This document shows positions 48,000-61,078 of a stretch of 64,000 nucleotides of DNA, one piece after another (the first letter of the stretch is position 1; every line of letters begins with the position of its first letter). Source of the DNA: Anthoceros angustus (taxonomy: Eukaryota; Plantae; Anthocerotophyta); the NCBI GenBank assembly GCA_010909165.1, contig MU008165.1:372001-436000 (forward strand), read 5' to 3'. The notes under the pieces are model-generated. The model was given only the letters and a program-made list of their open reading frames with translations. It did not search any database and was not told where the DNA came from. The translations under genes and the position numbers were made by a program.

Positions 48000-50000
48000 A
48001 GCGCATTCAAATTGTACCCTAGTTAGATAGTGAGATCATGAACTCGTTGCTTAAGGAAGTCCTTGTTAAGTAATGTTTCTTTTAAGACGGTCGAGCATTA
48101 CGCCCTACAAGTGCAAGGCAGTTATAGAGCGGGCTCCTCACTATAATAAGTAAGTATTTAAGATGAAAATTATTACAATTATTACCTATATGTAGTTTTG
48201 AAAGAAAATTATTATAATTTTTTACGTGAGCCCGATGAACTTGTGGATTTAAGTTGGAGATCCGAAACGAGGCTACGTGTTTAAGAACGATGATCAATTC
48301 ACTAGGGAGGCCATGTATACACCCATCCACTTCGTAGGGGGCTTGTGTCCCGCTTATTAGAAGGTAAATTAAATACAGCTAATTATTTAAATAGTTTTCA
48401 CCTTACTAGGGCCATCAGTGCAAGATGGTAGGATAAGGCACATTTTGGAGATGCGCACATAGGTAATGTGACATTAGCCGTTAATCATATATGAACGATT
48501 TAGAACTCGAGAATGCCATCAAAGGGTCTTACAATCTATCGAGATATTCTTCCGGAAATATGGTTGACAAGCAATTGGTCTTTTTGCTAGGACATGTCTA
48601 TGGATTATGTGAAAGTAGGCTTGGAAGACTCTTAGTGAGTTTGCAAGGCCAAAGAGTACTAGGAGGGGATGGGTAGCATTGGAAATGCAAACTGTACACA
48701 TGGCCTTCCGCAACCATATCTTTTCAACATAAGGGTGAGTACTTTGGGTTTTAAAGAGGGTAGCAAGTGGATTTTTTCTCGTTGAAGCCCATCACGAAGC
48801 TCATATTATCAAGGATGTGGTTGGGGGCTCATCTTGCTAGGTAAAAATGGGATGGAAATGAGCATAGGGAGCACAATGACTCTAGTGTTAGAATGTTCAT
48901 TAGCCTTTCACTCCTAGAATAGATCTCGCCAAGAGTGCGAGTCAGTCGAATAGGAGGTAGCTTTTTATGTACTATACATGCCCTGCAAGGACTGTCACAT
49001 CATTAGCTTTCACAAGGGGACTGTTACGTGATTTCCATGTCAATGACACTATTAGCCTGTCGTCAAGTTGCAAATATGGAGACATTGGATCAATACTCAA
49101 TAGCAGGGGTCACATGACATGTGACAAGTTCAATCTCCACTACGAACACGAAACCGATTCATACAAAAGTATGCACACCTGCACCAGTAAAAACTTCAGC
49201 TCGGAAACAACCAATTCCTTCGACTTAATTCAAAATAAGAGCAGAGATAAACCTCTTCTGAGCGCCACGTCCAAATGAACACTGATGGTCCCGGTGGGCT
49301 AGAATCCTCCGCTCATCATCATCAGAGATGACCTTCACCTCCTTCCGGCAAGAAACAATTCCAAGGTCCTTGCTGATCTTCATTGAGGCAACCAGGGCAG
49401 CCTATGCCCCATGGAATATACCATGGAACATATTGATAATAGGGACATCACAACCCAAACGGCTCTGATCGAGCACACACTTTCTAATGAGGATTCGATT
49501 AAACCCTCGAAAGAAGGACATCAACCTTAAAATAAAGAAAGGGTTAGATACTAGTATAGCAAAAAACGAAAAACACAAAGGGAAATACCCTTACGTTTCT
49601 AGGGAGAACCTGGAGTTGTCCTTCAAATTGCGCACTTGGTGGAAGAAGGGTATTAGAATCAAGTTAAGATCTCTATGGGGGATATCCTCAACTACTCTAT
49701 CTCAACCCCTCACACCACTAACTTTCATGAACGGCTTATGTCGACTGCGACACCACTTGTTTTGACATTTGGACTTATTCTCACCACCACTGAGGGCATT
49801 ATCAACAGCACCATCAGGAACAGAGGGGTCAAACCCCAAATCTCTAAAATTAGCTTCATCCTCAATCTCTTCCACGCCCATTGCAAAATCATCTTCCGGG
49901 CACATCTCCGCACATCTCAGTCTTTCAAACATATCAAGACACTCTTGATTAGGTACCACTTCTGGATGGGGGGCAACCATAGGCATTAAAACTCACCAAC
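48000..50000 (-). mobile_element. Highly decayed transposon-like sequence, possibly a LINE ORF1 remnant
   Basis: AT-richer intergenic block with broken coding-like fragments. ICSMVYSMGHRLPWLP near 49400-49450 resembles a decayed CCHC knuckle. Weak evidence. Confidence 0.25.
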
Positions 50001-51441
50001 CTGAGATGGCATGGCAGCAGCCTCGTTGGCCTGCTGCAACAAACCTGCCCCACATAGCTCGGTCTGTAACAATGGGTTAGGAAAGCACAGTGCATGTCAC
50101 AATGTAAAGCGAAAACATGGGCAAGTAAATGCCTTCCAGCTCGTCAAAGACAACACACGTTAAAACGGAAAAAGGTGGCTTTCCTAGGAAGGCTGTTGTT
50201 CACAAGCACACATAGCCATGAACTAGCAAAAGAAAGAGCAGAATTGTAGGCAAGAGGGACGGACCCCATTTCGCACTAATATTCTATCACAAAGGCAAAG
50301 GCCCTTCTTATAGCTCTGGTGAGCTCTCTTATCTAGGCGTAATAAATTGTAGGGCAGCCCTACACAAGTCCCTAGGTGGCGACCTTCATGAAGAAACAGC
50401 CCAATAGCCCTTTACACCTAAACAAAGCCTTGTATCTGTATATTACAATTACTCTGCATTATATGTAAAACAAATCCTACTTCTACAAGCCTTTGGTCCA
50501 TTAAGGGTTATGCTCCCAGCGGTCAAGTATGTCATTCGGAAACGTCCCCGCTATTAGAAAAATTTCAAAAATTCTTGTACAACATGGGAACATTTCTTCA
50601 CCACATTGCAGGAAGATCTTGGACTGATTGTGAAAAATGTCGAACATGGATTTCAGATTTTTCCAATGAAGCATCCATACCTAAATTGAGCAAAGTCTAA
50701 ATTTGAGCTCCGCAACCAACCATTGGAGTTAAAATTTAACTCTACAAGCAAAGTTGAAAATGGCAATCTGGTTGTCATGTTCGACTGATGACTGACCGGT
50801 AGACTTACGTGCTGAAGAGCTGGGCAAGATATGGAACCGGAAAAATATCTCCGTTACATCCCAGTTCCCAAAGTTGCAGCTTACAAAGTGCAACGATGAC
50901 ATGTGCAGTGCAGGTTGCAACAGAAGAAGAAGAAGAAGAATTTTATTTGAGGGTTCGATGTCATCCGGGATTGTTAGAGACAGGACAGCTCTGTGGGAAG
51001 GCCCACCAGTCCAGGTCGGTGTTGGTAGATGTCGCGGGCCAAAGCCGACGCGTGAAAACGGCTAGAGAAGAGGAAATGGCCGCGTCGGGGCCACCGGGAG
51101 AAGAGTTCAAACGCATCGGGGGATGCGAGGCGTGCGCACCAAAGGAGGGACATGCCGACAAGGCCTGCCACGCACATGGAATATGGTGATGGCCCGCGGC
51201 GGCCACCTCCCCTTCCGGGGCCGGAGTTGCCAGCGGGAAGCGGTGATGCTTGCGAGGAGGAGCGGGAGGAGGCGGAGCCCCTCCTGCCTCCTCTTCTCGT
51301 CGGATCCTCACTCTCAGGACGGCTCCTCACCCGGCAGATGCCACCGCTGGCTGGGAGAAGCAGAAGCAGAAGCGGAAGCGGAAGCCGAGGCATGGGGGCC
51401 TGAGGAGGAGGCAGGGGAGAGGAAGAGGAAGAGAAAGAGGA

Positions 51442-54400
51442 ATGGGCCAGAGTGCTTCCAGATCTGTGGCCGCCTTGCCGCCGGCTGTGAAAGTTGTACA
51501 TCGAGGCGGGCATGTGGAGCGTTACTACCGCACCGTGACGGTGGATGAGGTGATGAGGCGGAATCCGCGGCATTTTGTGGCCATGCCGGATCTTTTTCAG
51601 TCGAGCAAGCCCGCCGTTCTTGCTCCTGAGGTGGTGTTGATGCCGGGGCGGAAGGTGCTGCTGGTGCCGTATCGGACCGTGGTGAGCTTGCGGCGGAAGT
51701 GCGGGATGGGGATTCCTCCGGCTCCGAGGAGGAGTCGAGTGAAGATTACCGCTGCTGAGTCGGGGTCGGTGTGCCCTAACGCGATGCAGGAGTGCAGGCC
51801 CGGGGGTGTGGCTGGGAAAGATGCGGGATCTGGAGCGGCTGGGAAGGAGGGGGACGGGAGGAGGGAGGCTGCTGTTCCGAGACGGCACAAGGCGAGAGCT
51901 TCTTGTGTTGGAAGTCCGAAGGTTCGGGGAGTCCGAAGGTTCAGCCTCCCTCGGAGGGGCGGGGAGGGAGGACTGAGCCGCAGCAGTCGGATGCAGGGAG
52001 GCAGCGGGGACCGGCGGAGGAGGCGGCTGTGGTGAGAAGGAGACTGTCACCGAGAGTTGGAGGGAAGCCGGGCTGTGGTCTTCTGGATGGTAAAAAGAAA
52101 GAGTTCCCGGGGAAGGGAGGGAGAGAAAGCAGCGCACTTGTGGATCAGAGGAGCGGCGTGCTTCTTCTGGAGGTAAGACTACAGGGATATGTGTTCGAGC
52201 AAGAAGGTGTCAGCTTGAGATGGAGTTGGAGACAGGAGTTGAGGTGTCGAGGGATGGATAGCCTGTTGACGACGAGCTTGGCATGGTATGTCAGTGTGCA
52301 GAGCTCCCGTCACCGGGACTGGCTGGTTCTAAAGGCTCTTGGATGAACAAGGTGTTTCCGGTTGAAGATAGCCAAAGCCAGATGTGTAAAGGGGGCGATC
52401 CTTTGCAGGTGTCGGGAGCGGACTGTGTCGCCCAAGTATCGGTGTATGGGGGGATCGGCAATTCGCAATCTCCGAGACCGGAATGCTGCAATGTGCAAGC
52501 TTCCAAGAACGCACGTGCCGATGATCAGGTTTGGCGGATTTTGTTCTTAATCCTCAGTCTACATGCACTGGTGGTCTAGCTAAGTTAAGGAGAAATCCTG
52601 TGGTCTGCGTATTCGAAGTGGTTTCTTGCCCTCTTCCAAGAGCCTGATTAATGGCAGCTAGTGTCCGTCTGCAGTGATGACTCCAATAATTCTATTGTGT
52701 TCGGTCGGAGGTCTTTCGAGATTGGTGAAGAGAAAGTGTTCCAATTTCTGAGCAGACTAGGAATTGACTGGAGTCACTCATTGTCCGTTTCCCCTCTCCC
52801 TTCTTTGCCACCTCTGCTGGCTGTTCCTTGTCAATGGCAGTAGCATGAGTAATTCCCAGCGTCCGATGAGGATCTTCACTGTGCTAATGCTGAGCTGGTT
52901 ATGATGATCTGCCTAGATGTGTCTGAGGAAAGCTTCACGTATTGGAGAGTGAAGCGGGGAGCAGAAGAAATATGTCCCGCTGGGTCGCCGTGGTGAGCTA
53001 ATGTCTTGGCCTTGTCTTTTGTAGGTGATGAAGGGGGTAACAGTATCTATGAACGAGGTGAAGGATGGCTCACCTGTGTTTGGAGATGAGCAGATGGGGC
53101 AACACCTGCATGAAGAGAAAGGAAGGGAAAGTAGAGTGCAAAACTATCGGGTCCAGGGTGGTGGATTGCAGGGTATCACCAACACGGCAGTTGTAAATGG
53201 CCAAGTCTCAAGCCCGCTTGGGAGTGATGGGTTTGATCAGGATCTCATTCATTATTCATCTTTTGTAAGATCAAAGATCGAGTTGTTTGAGACTCTTTCA
53301 CAACTTTCGCAATATCCGATGTCCGGCAAGCTCGGTGTCCTATCACCAAGTCCACGGGCGATTACCACGATGGTGGATTCCGTGAGAGGGACTTCGTTGA
53401 CCCAGTGTTCAAGGGATAGCTTACTGGATTCTGTTATGGACGATGCATCTCCCAGGTTAACGAATAGCGTGGCCCAAGTGCCAAAGGAGCGGTTTCCTGA
53501 TTATCCTATGTCCTTATCAGTGAATTTGGAAGAGCAACAGGCACCTGGGCAAGGCAGGCACGTGGCAGGCAGAGACAACATGAATGAAGGCGGCGGCTAT
53601 GAACAGGACGCCCAAGCAGTCTGTAGTCTCGAGCATTCTTTGCCAATCTGGCAACCTCACCATGGTTTCTCAGCAAGGCCTATTCGTGAGGGTAAAAGAC
53701 TGCAGGACCTCATTTTCGAGCCTGTTCGTGAGGGTAGAGCACTGCAGGGCCTCATACTCGAATCTGTTCGTGATGGCAAAACACTGCAGGACCTCTTTGT
53801 TGAGCCTGTTCGTGAGAGTAAATCACTACAGGACCTCATTCTCGAGGATAACCAGCAGAATTCGTTGCTGCCATTGGATGTCTTGTCAACTGACAAGCGG
53901 AAACAGGAAATCAAGATAAGGTTTGAGGAATGTATCTCAAGAGTGCCAGTGGAATGCTCACCAGATTTGTTTGAGATCCGTCTTGATCCCTTTCTGCTCC
54001 CGGAAGAAGAAGCTTTTCTGGAGCGGAGAACACTGAAACCAGAGTTGGTGACATGCGTGAGGGATAGCATAGCTCGACCTCAGCGGAGACAGAATATCGG
54101 TCAAGCTCCCATCGCTGGTGGTGAAAGGTCTGGGGGAAAGTCGATGCCAGCAAAAAAAATTGATGGTGAGGCCAGCAACACATCAGTGGTTGAGTTACAG
54201 AGGCCGAGCCAGCGGTCTCCAGGCAAGCCTCCTCGTCTGAAGCTTCGAGATCATTTGAAATTGCGCTCTCCAGCACGGGAAACAGATTCTGGTCGCCCCT
54301 CAATAGAGATTTCTGCTACCAGGACGCCTGAATCATCCGCTGCAGTGGTCGGAAATGCCGATGGACCCTCTCCAATGTCCACAGATGCAGTAGAGTCCTC

Positions 54401-54620
54401 CAGAGGGAATCAAGATGGAAACCCAGGAGCCGCTAGGCACAAAAGGAAAAAACCTCCAGGTGACAGTAAGCAAAACATGGGCTATCAACTACCGAAACTG
54501 CCGACTTTTCGCAGGAGTAGGCTCAGGTCGTGGAAGCCCAGGCTACGAACGGTTACTGAAGGCGAGGTTGCAATCTGGTCTCCCATTCCACATACATGCA
54601 AGGCATACCATGGAGTGTGA
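51442..54620 (+). CDS. DUF4228/PADRE-family gene, apparently two exons with an internal frameshift
   Basis: N-terminal PADRE domain MGQSAS...VKVVHRGGHVERYYRTVTVDEVMRRNPRHFV...LMPGRKVLLVP. The 531-aa ORF at 53025-54620 begins at an AG acceptor and ends with the PADRE-like C-motif WKPRLRTVTE. A phase-0 donor GAG|GTAAGA at 52172/52173 lies in a frame shifted by a 17-bp duplication at 51910-51943. Confidence 0.75.
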
Positions 54621-55192
54621 CTCTTCAAGCCGGCACAATCACATATGTATGTAAGCTGGTCCCTTCGTGCAGAAGCTGTACATACGCCACGGTCACATGA
54701 GCTACTTTGACCAAAGTTCTTTGGCTGATCGCCGGAAGCTTAGGTGGCTGGCCACCTGTGTTCACCATGGTCCGTGATCTCTCGCGTACCTACTTGTATC
54801 TTGCTCAGTTGCTGATCTTACCCAGCTTGTGCTGAAAAAAGTATTACGTTTGCTGCATATTGCACCTGCCGCTTGCAGCTGGCTTGTAATGTCCTTCCTG
54901 CTGCCTGACATTTTGTGGTCTGCCTGACATTTTGTGGTCAGTTCGTGTCGTCAAAAGGTTACTGTCGTCCCGCGCAAAATCTAGCTACCGCCCAGGTACC
55001 CGTTTCCTGTGCCTAGGACAGGAGAAACAGACCGCCGCCGCCACGGAAGTTCCTTGCCTTGGTGGAACCTGAAATGAGCCACAAAAACTCCACAATGGCC
55101 AGAATCCGAAAACTGGACTTCCCTCTCGTTCCAACACGAAGCTGCGAATATATGTATGTCAGTCCGCACTTCCTTCGCGTATTGTGCTGCAC

Positions 55193-57100
55193 ATGGAAGC
55201 TGCAGTGGGCGGGCCGGCAGAAGTTGTAAGGGACGATGAGGACAGCTCCAGCAGCCCGGTCGTGAGCAACGCTTGGGTTGTCGCTTCTTTACAGGATATG
55301 TACACATGGAACAGCTGCCAGGAGCCTCTGATTGACGTCACCGCGCCCTTTCCTCGATCGTACTTTGTGGAGGTGGGTGCATCTTGCAAGGGGGAAACAC
55401 ATTGGAGGTGAAACGTAAATCGTCACGTCTCAAGGTTTAGGGCTTTGGGCAATTCTGACTGTGTTGTGGTGTGATGCAGGTTCCTCACGTAAGGCAGGAT
55501 TTCTCCTGGGACTGTGGGCTAGCATGTGTCCTCATGGTTCTGAACGCCTTGGGAATCGATGGATGTGATCTCAAGTTCCTGGGACGGCTTTGTCGCACTA
55601 CTAGGTGGATGAACTGGAATGTTATCGTGCCAGGAGCAGCCCCACCTGGAATCTGATCGTGGAGAGGGTTTCGGCTGTCTGTGCAGCATCTGGACAGTTG
55701 ATTTGGCACATTTGTTACGGCTGTTTGCCGTCGATGTGGCCTTTCTTACCGTTACCATTGGAGCAAATCCCAGCTATGCCAAGGAGAGCTTCTATAAGGT
55801 TGGGTTCTGCTGTGCTGCTCTTGGTGATGCTTCCTTGTTGAAACGTTTTGTGTATATGGGTTTTGTTGTTTGTAGCAGATGTTCTGTTAGAGGTGCAGAA
55901 ACGTAGGTTTTTTCTGTATCCTGGTTATGGAGTGTACGTGTGTGTCATGGTGGATTGGGCTACCAATTTTGAGAAGAGTGTGGTTGTAGTGGTGTTGTAT
56001 AGTTGCCCCGTTCACAGGATTGAATGGACATCATTTGGTTGAAGGAAAACCTTGACGAGGATATTGAACGTGTCAACAAGTTGTTTGAGAGGGCAGCGCA
56101 AGTCGGTATTCGCATTCAGGTGAGGCTAGCTTGGCTTGCATTTTGTTGCGGAGGTGACTGATTTTTCTTCCAGCTGAAATGAACTATTTCTTTGTTTTTT
56201 TCCAGTGGAGAACAGTGCCTGATGAGGAGCTGTCCATGCTCATTCTATCTGGTCGATATATTGCAATAGCCTTGGTTGACAAACGAAAGCTACGGTAAGG
56301 TGCTTCACAGAACGTTTTCATCATGTCTATTTGTTCGGTTGCTCCTTGACGGTGATTGTGTTGCTTCTCTTTGCTATGAAGGCTTTTCTTTAGTAGGTTA
56401 CTGTACAGCGCATACTTCAGGACTTGTATATAAGTAAAAGAGTTTCCTTGATACTCTATCCCTTCTGCATGATCGGCACAATCCAGCAACTTAGCTTTCT
56501 GCGTGTGTTTTTTTGTAGTCACCCCTGGTTACAGGAGCTTGGCATAGGAGATTGCTGCGGTCTTATGGCTAGCTATGTCGGTGAGTGGGTCTTGGTGTGA
56601 AAAGTGCATCTTGCCTTGACACGGTCTGGGAGATATCAGCTGGATAAAACACCTGCGGATTGTCTGGAGGTCTTGTGTCAACCCCTATTTTGACCTGGGA
56701 GTGATTCAACAATTGGCTCAGTCAACCTTCCTTGCAGGCCATTATGTTGTGATTTGTGGATATGACACGGATGCCCAGGAGTTTGAAATCAGGGATCCAG
56801 CGAGTTTCAGGTACCTTCACCTAGCTTGATACATTCGTGCAGCTGTTTGGTGCGAGATTGAATTGTGCTGTCCTGCATGTATGCAGTAGAAGCTCCAGGA
56901 TATCGCTTGCTGCTATGCACGAGGCACGGACATCATTCGGGACAGATGAAGACCTACTTTTGGTATGTGAGAAGTCCGAGGCGAAGGGGAACACATTCAA
57001 ACCTTGGCTCTTTCCTGCAGTGGAGACTGACGCACGTCGTGCTTGTTGCTTGCTGCAGATTTCACGTACAAGGACCCACGAAGAGGCAGAAGCCACATGA
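55193..57100 (+). CDS. GUCD1: GUCD1 / plant 'guanylyl cyclase 1' family protein
   Basis: Spliced motifs VPHVRQDFSWDCGLACVLMVL, SIWTVDLAHLL, LFERAAQVGIRIQ, IAIALVDKRKL, GHYVVICGYD...FEIRDPAS and ARTSFGTDEDLLLIS. Start uncertain; there may be an upstream exon at about 55074-55153. Confidence 0.9.
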
Positions 57101-57243
57101 TAAACTTTTCACGGATGTTTGATCTCCCAGACACGAGTTAGTTTCTGATGACCTCTTGCTAATCTCAGACAGGTCTCGCTCAGATTATTTAGAATGAAAT
57201 GTTACAATTGGGTGTCAGCAATAAATAAGGCGTTCAGGCGCAT

Positions 57244-60200
57244 CTACAAAGTTGGGCACTTAGCATGCAAAAATTCATAAAGAATCTGAGCCTGACGTTG
57301 ACCACCCATCAGTTCTGCCAGCTTCTCCACTGGAAGGAGGACGAGCTCCGCGAGACTTTTGCAGCCATCCATCAGTGCTCTGTAATTTGCATCAGTCACA
57401 CCTGGCAATCGCCGAAGAAGCTCAATCGCTGTCGTGTTGTAGTTCTCCGCCCTGAAGCAGGAAACAGCAGATGCGTCAAAGAACAGGGCTGAAACAGAGA
57501 CACACAGCAGGATTTGGCGTCCGTGATCTACCTTAGGTCCCCTTCTATAAGGCCATCTTCGGTGGGGACTCCCACCCGCATTGCTTTCTCCAGATCCGGT
57601 TCATCTTGGTTGTGTTTTAAAGAGGTGAAGATGTCTGCTGTCGCGTGTAGGCTTCTGGACCAGACAATCCGCAGTCGAGGAAAATGCAGCACCAATAGGG
57701 ATATCTTGGAGATGATGTTGGCTGGTGTTACTTCCTCGCCGACCTCATTCGCGGACTGCTTAGGAGGGACACAACATATATGATCAAAGACTAAGCAGCC
57801 AGGGATGTGGAGGTGCTCTTGAGCCAGGAAAGGGATGATAACAAGCATACCTGCAGTGAAAAGCTTTTGTCTTGTGAAAATTCTATGAGAAGAACAGGGA
57901 TCTGGTAGTAGCGGATCATTGTTTCAGCTTGATTATAGAGTCGTCCCGATGCAAAGCTTGAATACAGATCTGAGATGCTTTTGCGCTCGATACAGATCTC
58001 TGGCGTCAAAATGTAGTCACCAACCTCCAGTGTAACTGGCAGTATTTTCATACCTTGTTGATGTAACACACAAGGGAGGCTGCTTCCAAATTCTCTCATG
58101 TCCACCACAACCTGCAAACGAAAACTCATCAGACCAGAAGAAATCAGATGCTTTGCCATGCTGATCCCAAAATCTGGCTAACTCACCTGTTTTTGCCTGT
58201 CAATGGACTTTCGCCCTCCAGCCTTGCGCGTAACGGGATTTTGGAACACTCCTGTTGCAGATTGGGTTGGTGGAGTGACATCCAGTGTCCGACCGTCCTG
58301 TCAGATAGTAAAGGGGTCAGGAAACTCGATCTCTAGTGTAAGATGCAGTGACAGTAAAAGAATCTCAGACACGGTACCTGATCCACAGGAATCATCATTG
58401 TCCCCTTTTGCCTGATGAGAGACTCAAAGGCACTGTTCTCCCTTCCTATGCCAGCTTCAAACTTGCGTACTTCAGTCGAATCTTCATAGAACAGGAAGTA
58501 CACTTTCAAGGGCCTTGAAGGGTTCTCAGCTTGGTACACTTCCAACTCTCGCACAAATCCCATGTCTGGATCAAAGACTACCACATACCGTGGCCGCATA
58601 ATCTGCAGCACTCCCTGCTCACTCTCTAATGCATAGAAGTGAGCAGGAGGGATGGGCTTATCATATGGAATCTGACCGTCAGCTTGTGGCAGTAGCTGTT
58701 CTACTGTGCATTCCTCAGCAGGAACGTCCCTTGAGTTTGCCAGCTCTTCCTTCCTTGAAGCAGTTTCCGTGAAGTCATTGTCATTGTCAGAGTCCCCTTT
58801 CTCCATTTCAATCACCTCCACCTCCACCTCCACCTTCCCCTTCTCTGTCTTTCCCCTTCCCCGTCTACTCGCATTGCCTCTCCCTCGACCTCTGCTTCTA
58901 CCTCTGTTTGTACCTCTAGCTCTGCCTTTAGCCCTGCCCCTCCCTCGCACAGCTTCACAGAACTCGTCTTCTCCCAATGCATGTCCTTCATTCTCTACAG
59001 CTGCAACCTCTGCAGCAGCAGCCAGCAAAGCCTCCTGTTCTTCTCGGTGCACACTTCCTGTGGCCTCTAAGCCTGCTCCTCTGTAGCTTGTCCCTCCTTT
59101 CCCCCGCTGTCGCTTCCTGTTGCGGGTTTGCACTCCATGAAGCTCTGCTTTTCCTAGCAAGTACTTATTCCATTGTTCCTTCATTAACTGCAGAAAGAAA
59201 TTCAATGTTAAGGCCTCATCCAGAAGGTACAGACACACAAGGCACAGCAAAAGGCTGCTACAACTGCGTACCCTTTCGCCACCAAGACGGACTAAGTCCT
59301 GTAATTGCAGGCAAGTGCGCTCATCCTTGCAAGCAACAATGACTGCTGAGTCCTCCCCTCCTTCCAGACGCTCTTCCTGAATTTCTTCCAATACTTCCTG
59401 TATCGACAACACACACAAATTGGCGACCTGACCTAAGCACTCATAACAAACAGACCTGTATCAACATTGTGCAGACAAAGAAACCCACCCGTAGAACCTT
59501 CCACTTGGGCATCTCCTCCACAACAAGCTCAAGCACAACTCCTGGTGCCTCCCCTGGGGCCCCAGCAGCATTTACATTCTCCGAGGTGGTGGCTGCTCCT
59601 GCTCCTGCTCCTGGTGCTCGGATGGCACTACCATTATTGCCCTTTCGCCTCTTGGACAACTTTGCAGAGGGAACGACAGTGTTACTGTCTGTTCGTACCA
59701 GCTGATACACACGCCGTTTAGCTAAATCAAAGATCTTGTGGGTGGGATTCGCAAACATCCAAACCGACCTCACGCCTTCAGACACCCTAAGAGTATCCAG
59801 GTACTTGAGGAAAGTGACAGCATCGTAACGAAGGAGAGACTCAGCCAGCTTCCTGAGAGTCTTCAAGTCTCCCACAAGTTGTTTTGTCTTCCTGCCAATG
59901 GTGTGCCATATAGGATCCAGCTGATACCGAATAATCTCGTCAAATGACTTGAACAGTCCATTTTCAACTGTGAGATCCTCAACATCCACCTTGTTGCTTT
60001 TTCTCAATTCCTTCAAGCAAGCATCCATGACTTCCAAGATAGCATGCTGAATGCCAGCCATGGCAGATGACAGCGGTATCCTAATATCAATCACTTCCGG
60101 AGGACTTGCTTCCAACACTGAGCTCACAGAGAGCTGGAATCTTGGCCACAGGTGCAGTTTTTTCACAAACAAGCTTTTCATCACCCGCTCTGTCTTTGAA

Positions 60201-60685
60201 AATCCTGATATCATGGACTGCGGCCTGTCTGAGAAGGCTCTGATGTACCCCTTCTTGTTGGCATGTCTGAAGAGCCTGACTATGAAGGCCTCTGCACATG
60301 TCTCTGTCAGCCGGTGGGCATTTCCCACAATGATTCCTGCAACTCTTTGCAAAGGAACTCGCTCATTCAGCATGTCCACAATCAGAATCCTGGATGTGAT
60401 GAAAAATGCTCCTCCATCGGAATAGCAGTTACATCTGTCTGCTGCTGTGTACTCGTTGTTGATTTCCAGAGGAAGAGCAGCAGCAGGATCATTTTCTTGT
60501 AGTTCCTCTCGCATGAACTGCTTCTGGGAGTCGGAGATGGAGAGCAGGAGCAGGATGCCATCTGCAGCTGAGTGAAGGCGGACAAGCGCTGACAGAATTT
60601 TGGGCAGCCCCAGGCCGACTGCAAGCACCACAACCCCATCGCTCTCCACCAGGTCAGCAACAATGCTTTCATGAAAGGGCAGCAT
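57244..60685 (-). CDS. UVH1: DNA repair endonuclease XPF/RAD1 (ERCC4)
   Basis: [12 protein letters not shown] start. Motifs [54 protein letters not shown], the ERCC4 nuclease [13 protein letters not shown]...VGDYIL...[10 protein letters not shown], and Hh[10 protein letters not shown]. Stop at 57244-57246. Confidence 0.97.
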
Positions 60686-61078
60686 GATTCATCAATCGGG
60701 CCTGGGGCAGCTCTCAAACTGGACAGGAAGGTTAATTTGTCTCCAAATCACTCCTGGCTCGCCCGTGTGTGTGTTCCAGTGGTGCGAAGACCAGATGTGC
60801 ATCGAAGTGTTCACTCTGGCCCTTCCTTGAGCTGGACGCAAGTATACCCATCACCAATTCCAGCAGCGTCAGGACCTCGTCTGACCGTGCCCTCCGAGCT
60901 ACCGAATTCAAGAAGCAGCCAACTGCAGCAGGTCCGGAGCCATTCCTTGGACGCCGCTTGAACCTATCTCTTGCCCACCGCCAATCTTTCATAGTTTGAC
61001 TCGCTAATCATCTGAATTTTTGCTTGATATGTATTCTACAGACAGGATGTGCTGCTGATGTCCTGAGCAGGATTTGAT

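Noticed and set aside
50974-52137. 387-aa Pro/Ser-rich minus-strand ORF
   Set aside because: Shadow of the GC/purine-rich PADRE exon 1 and its 5' UTR.
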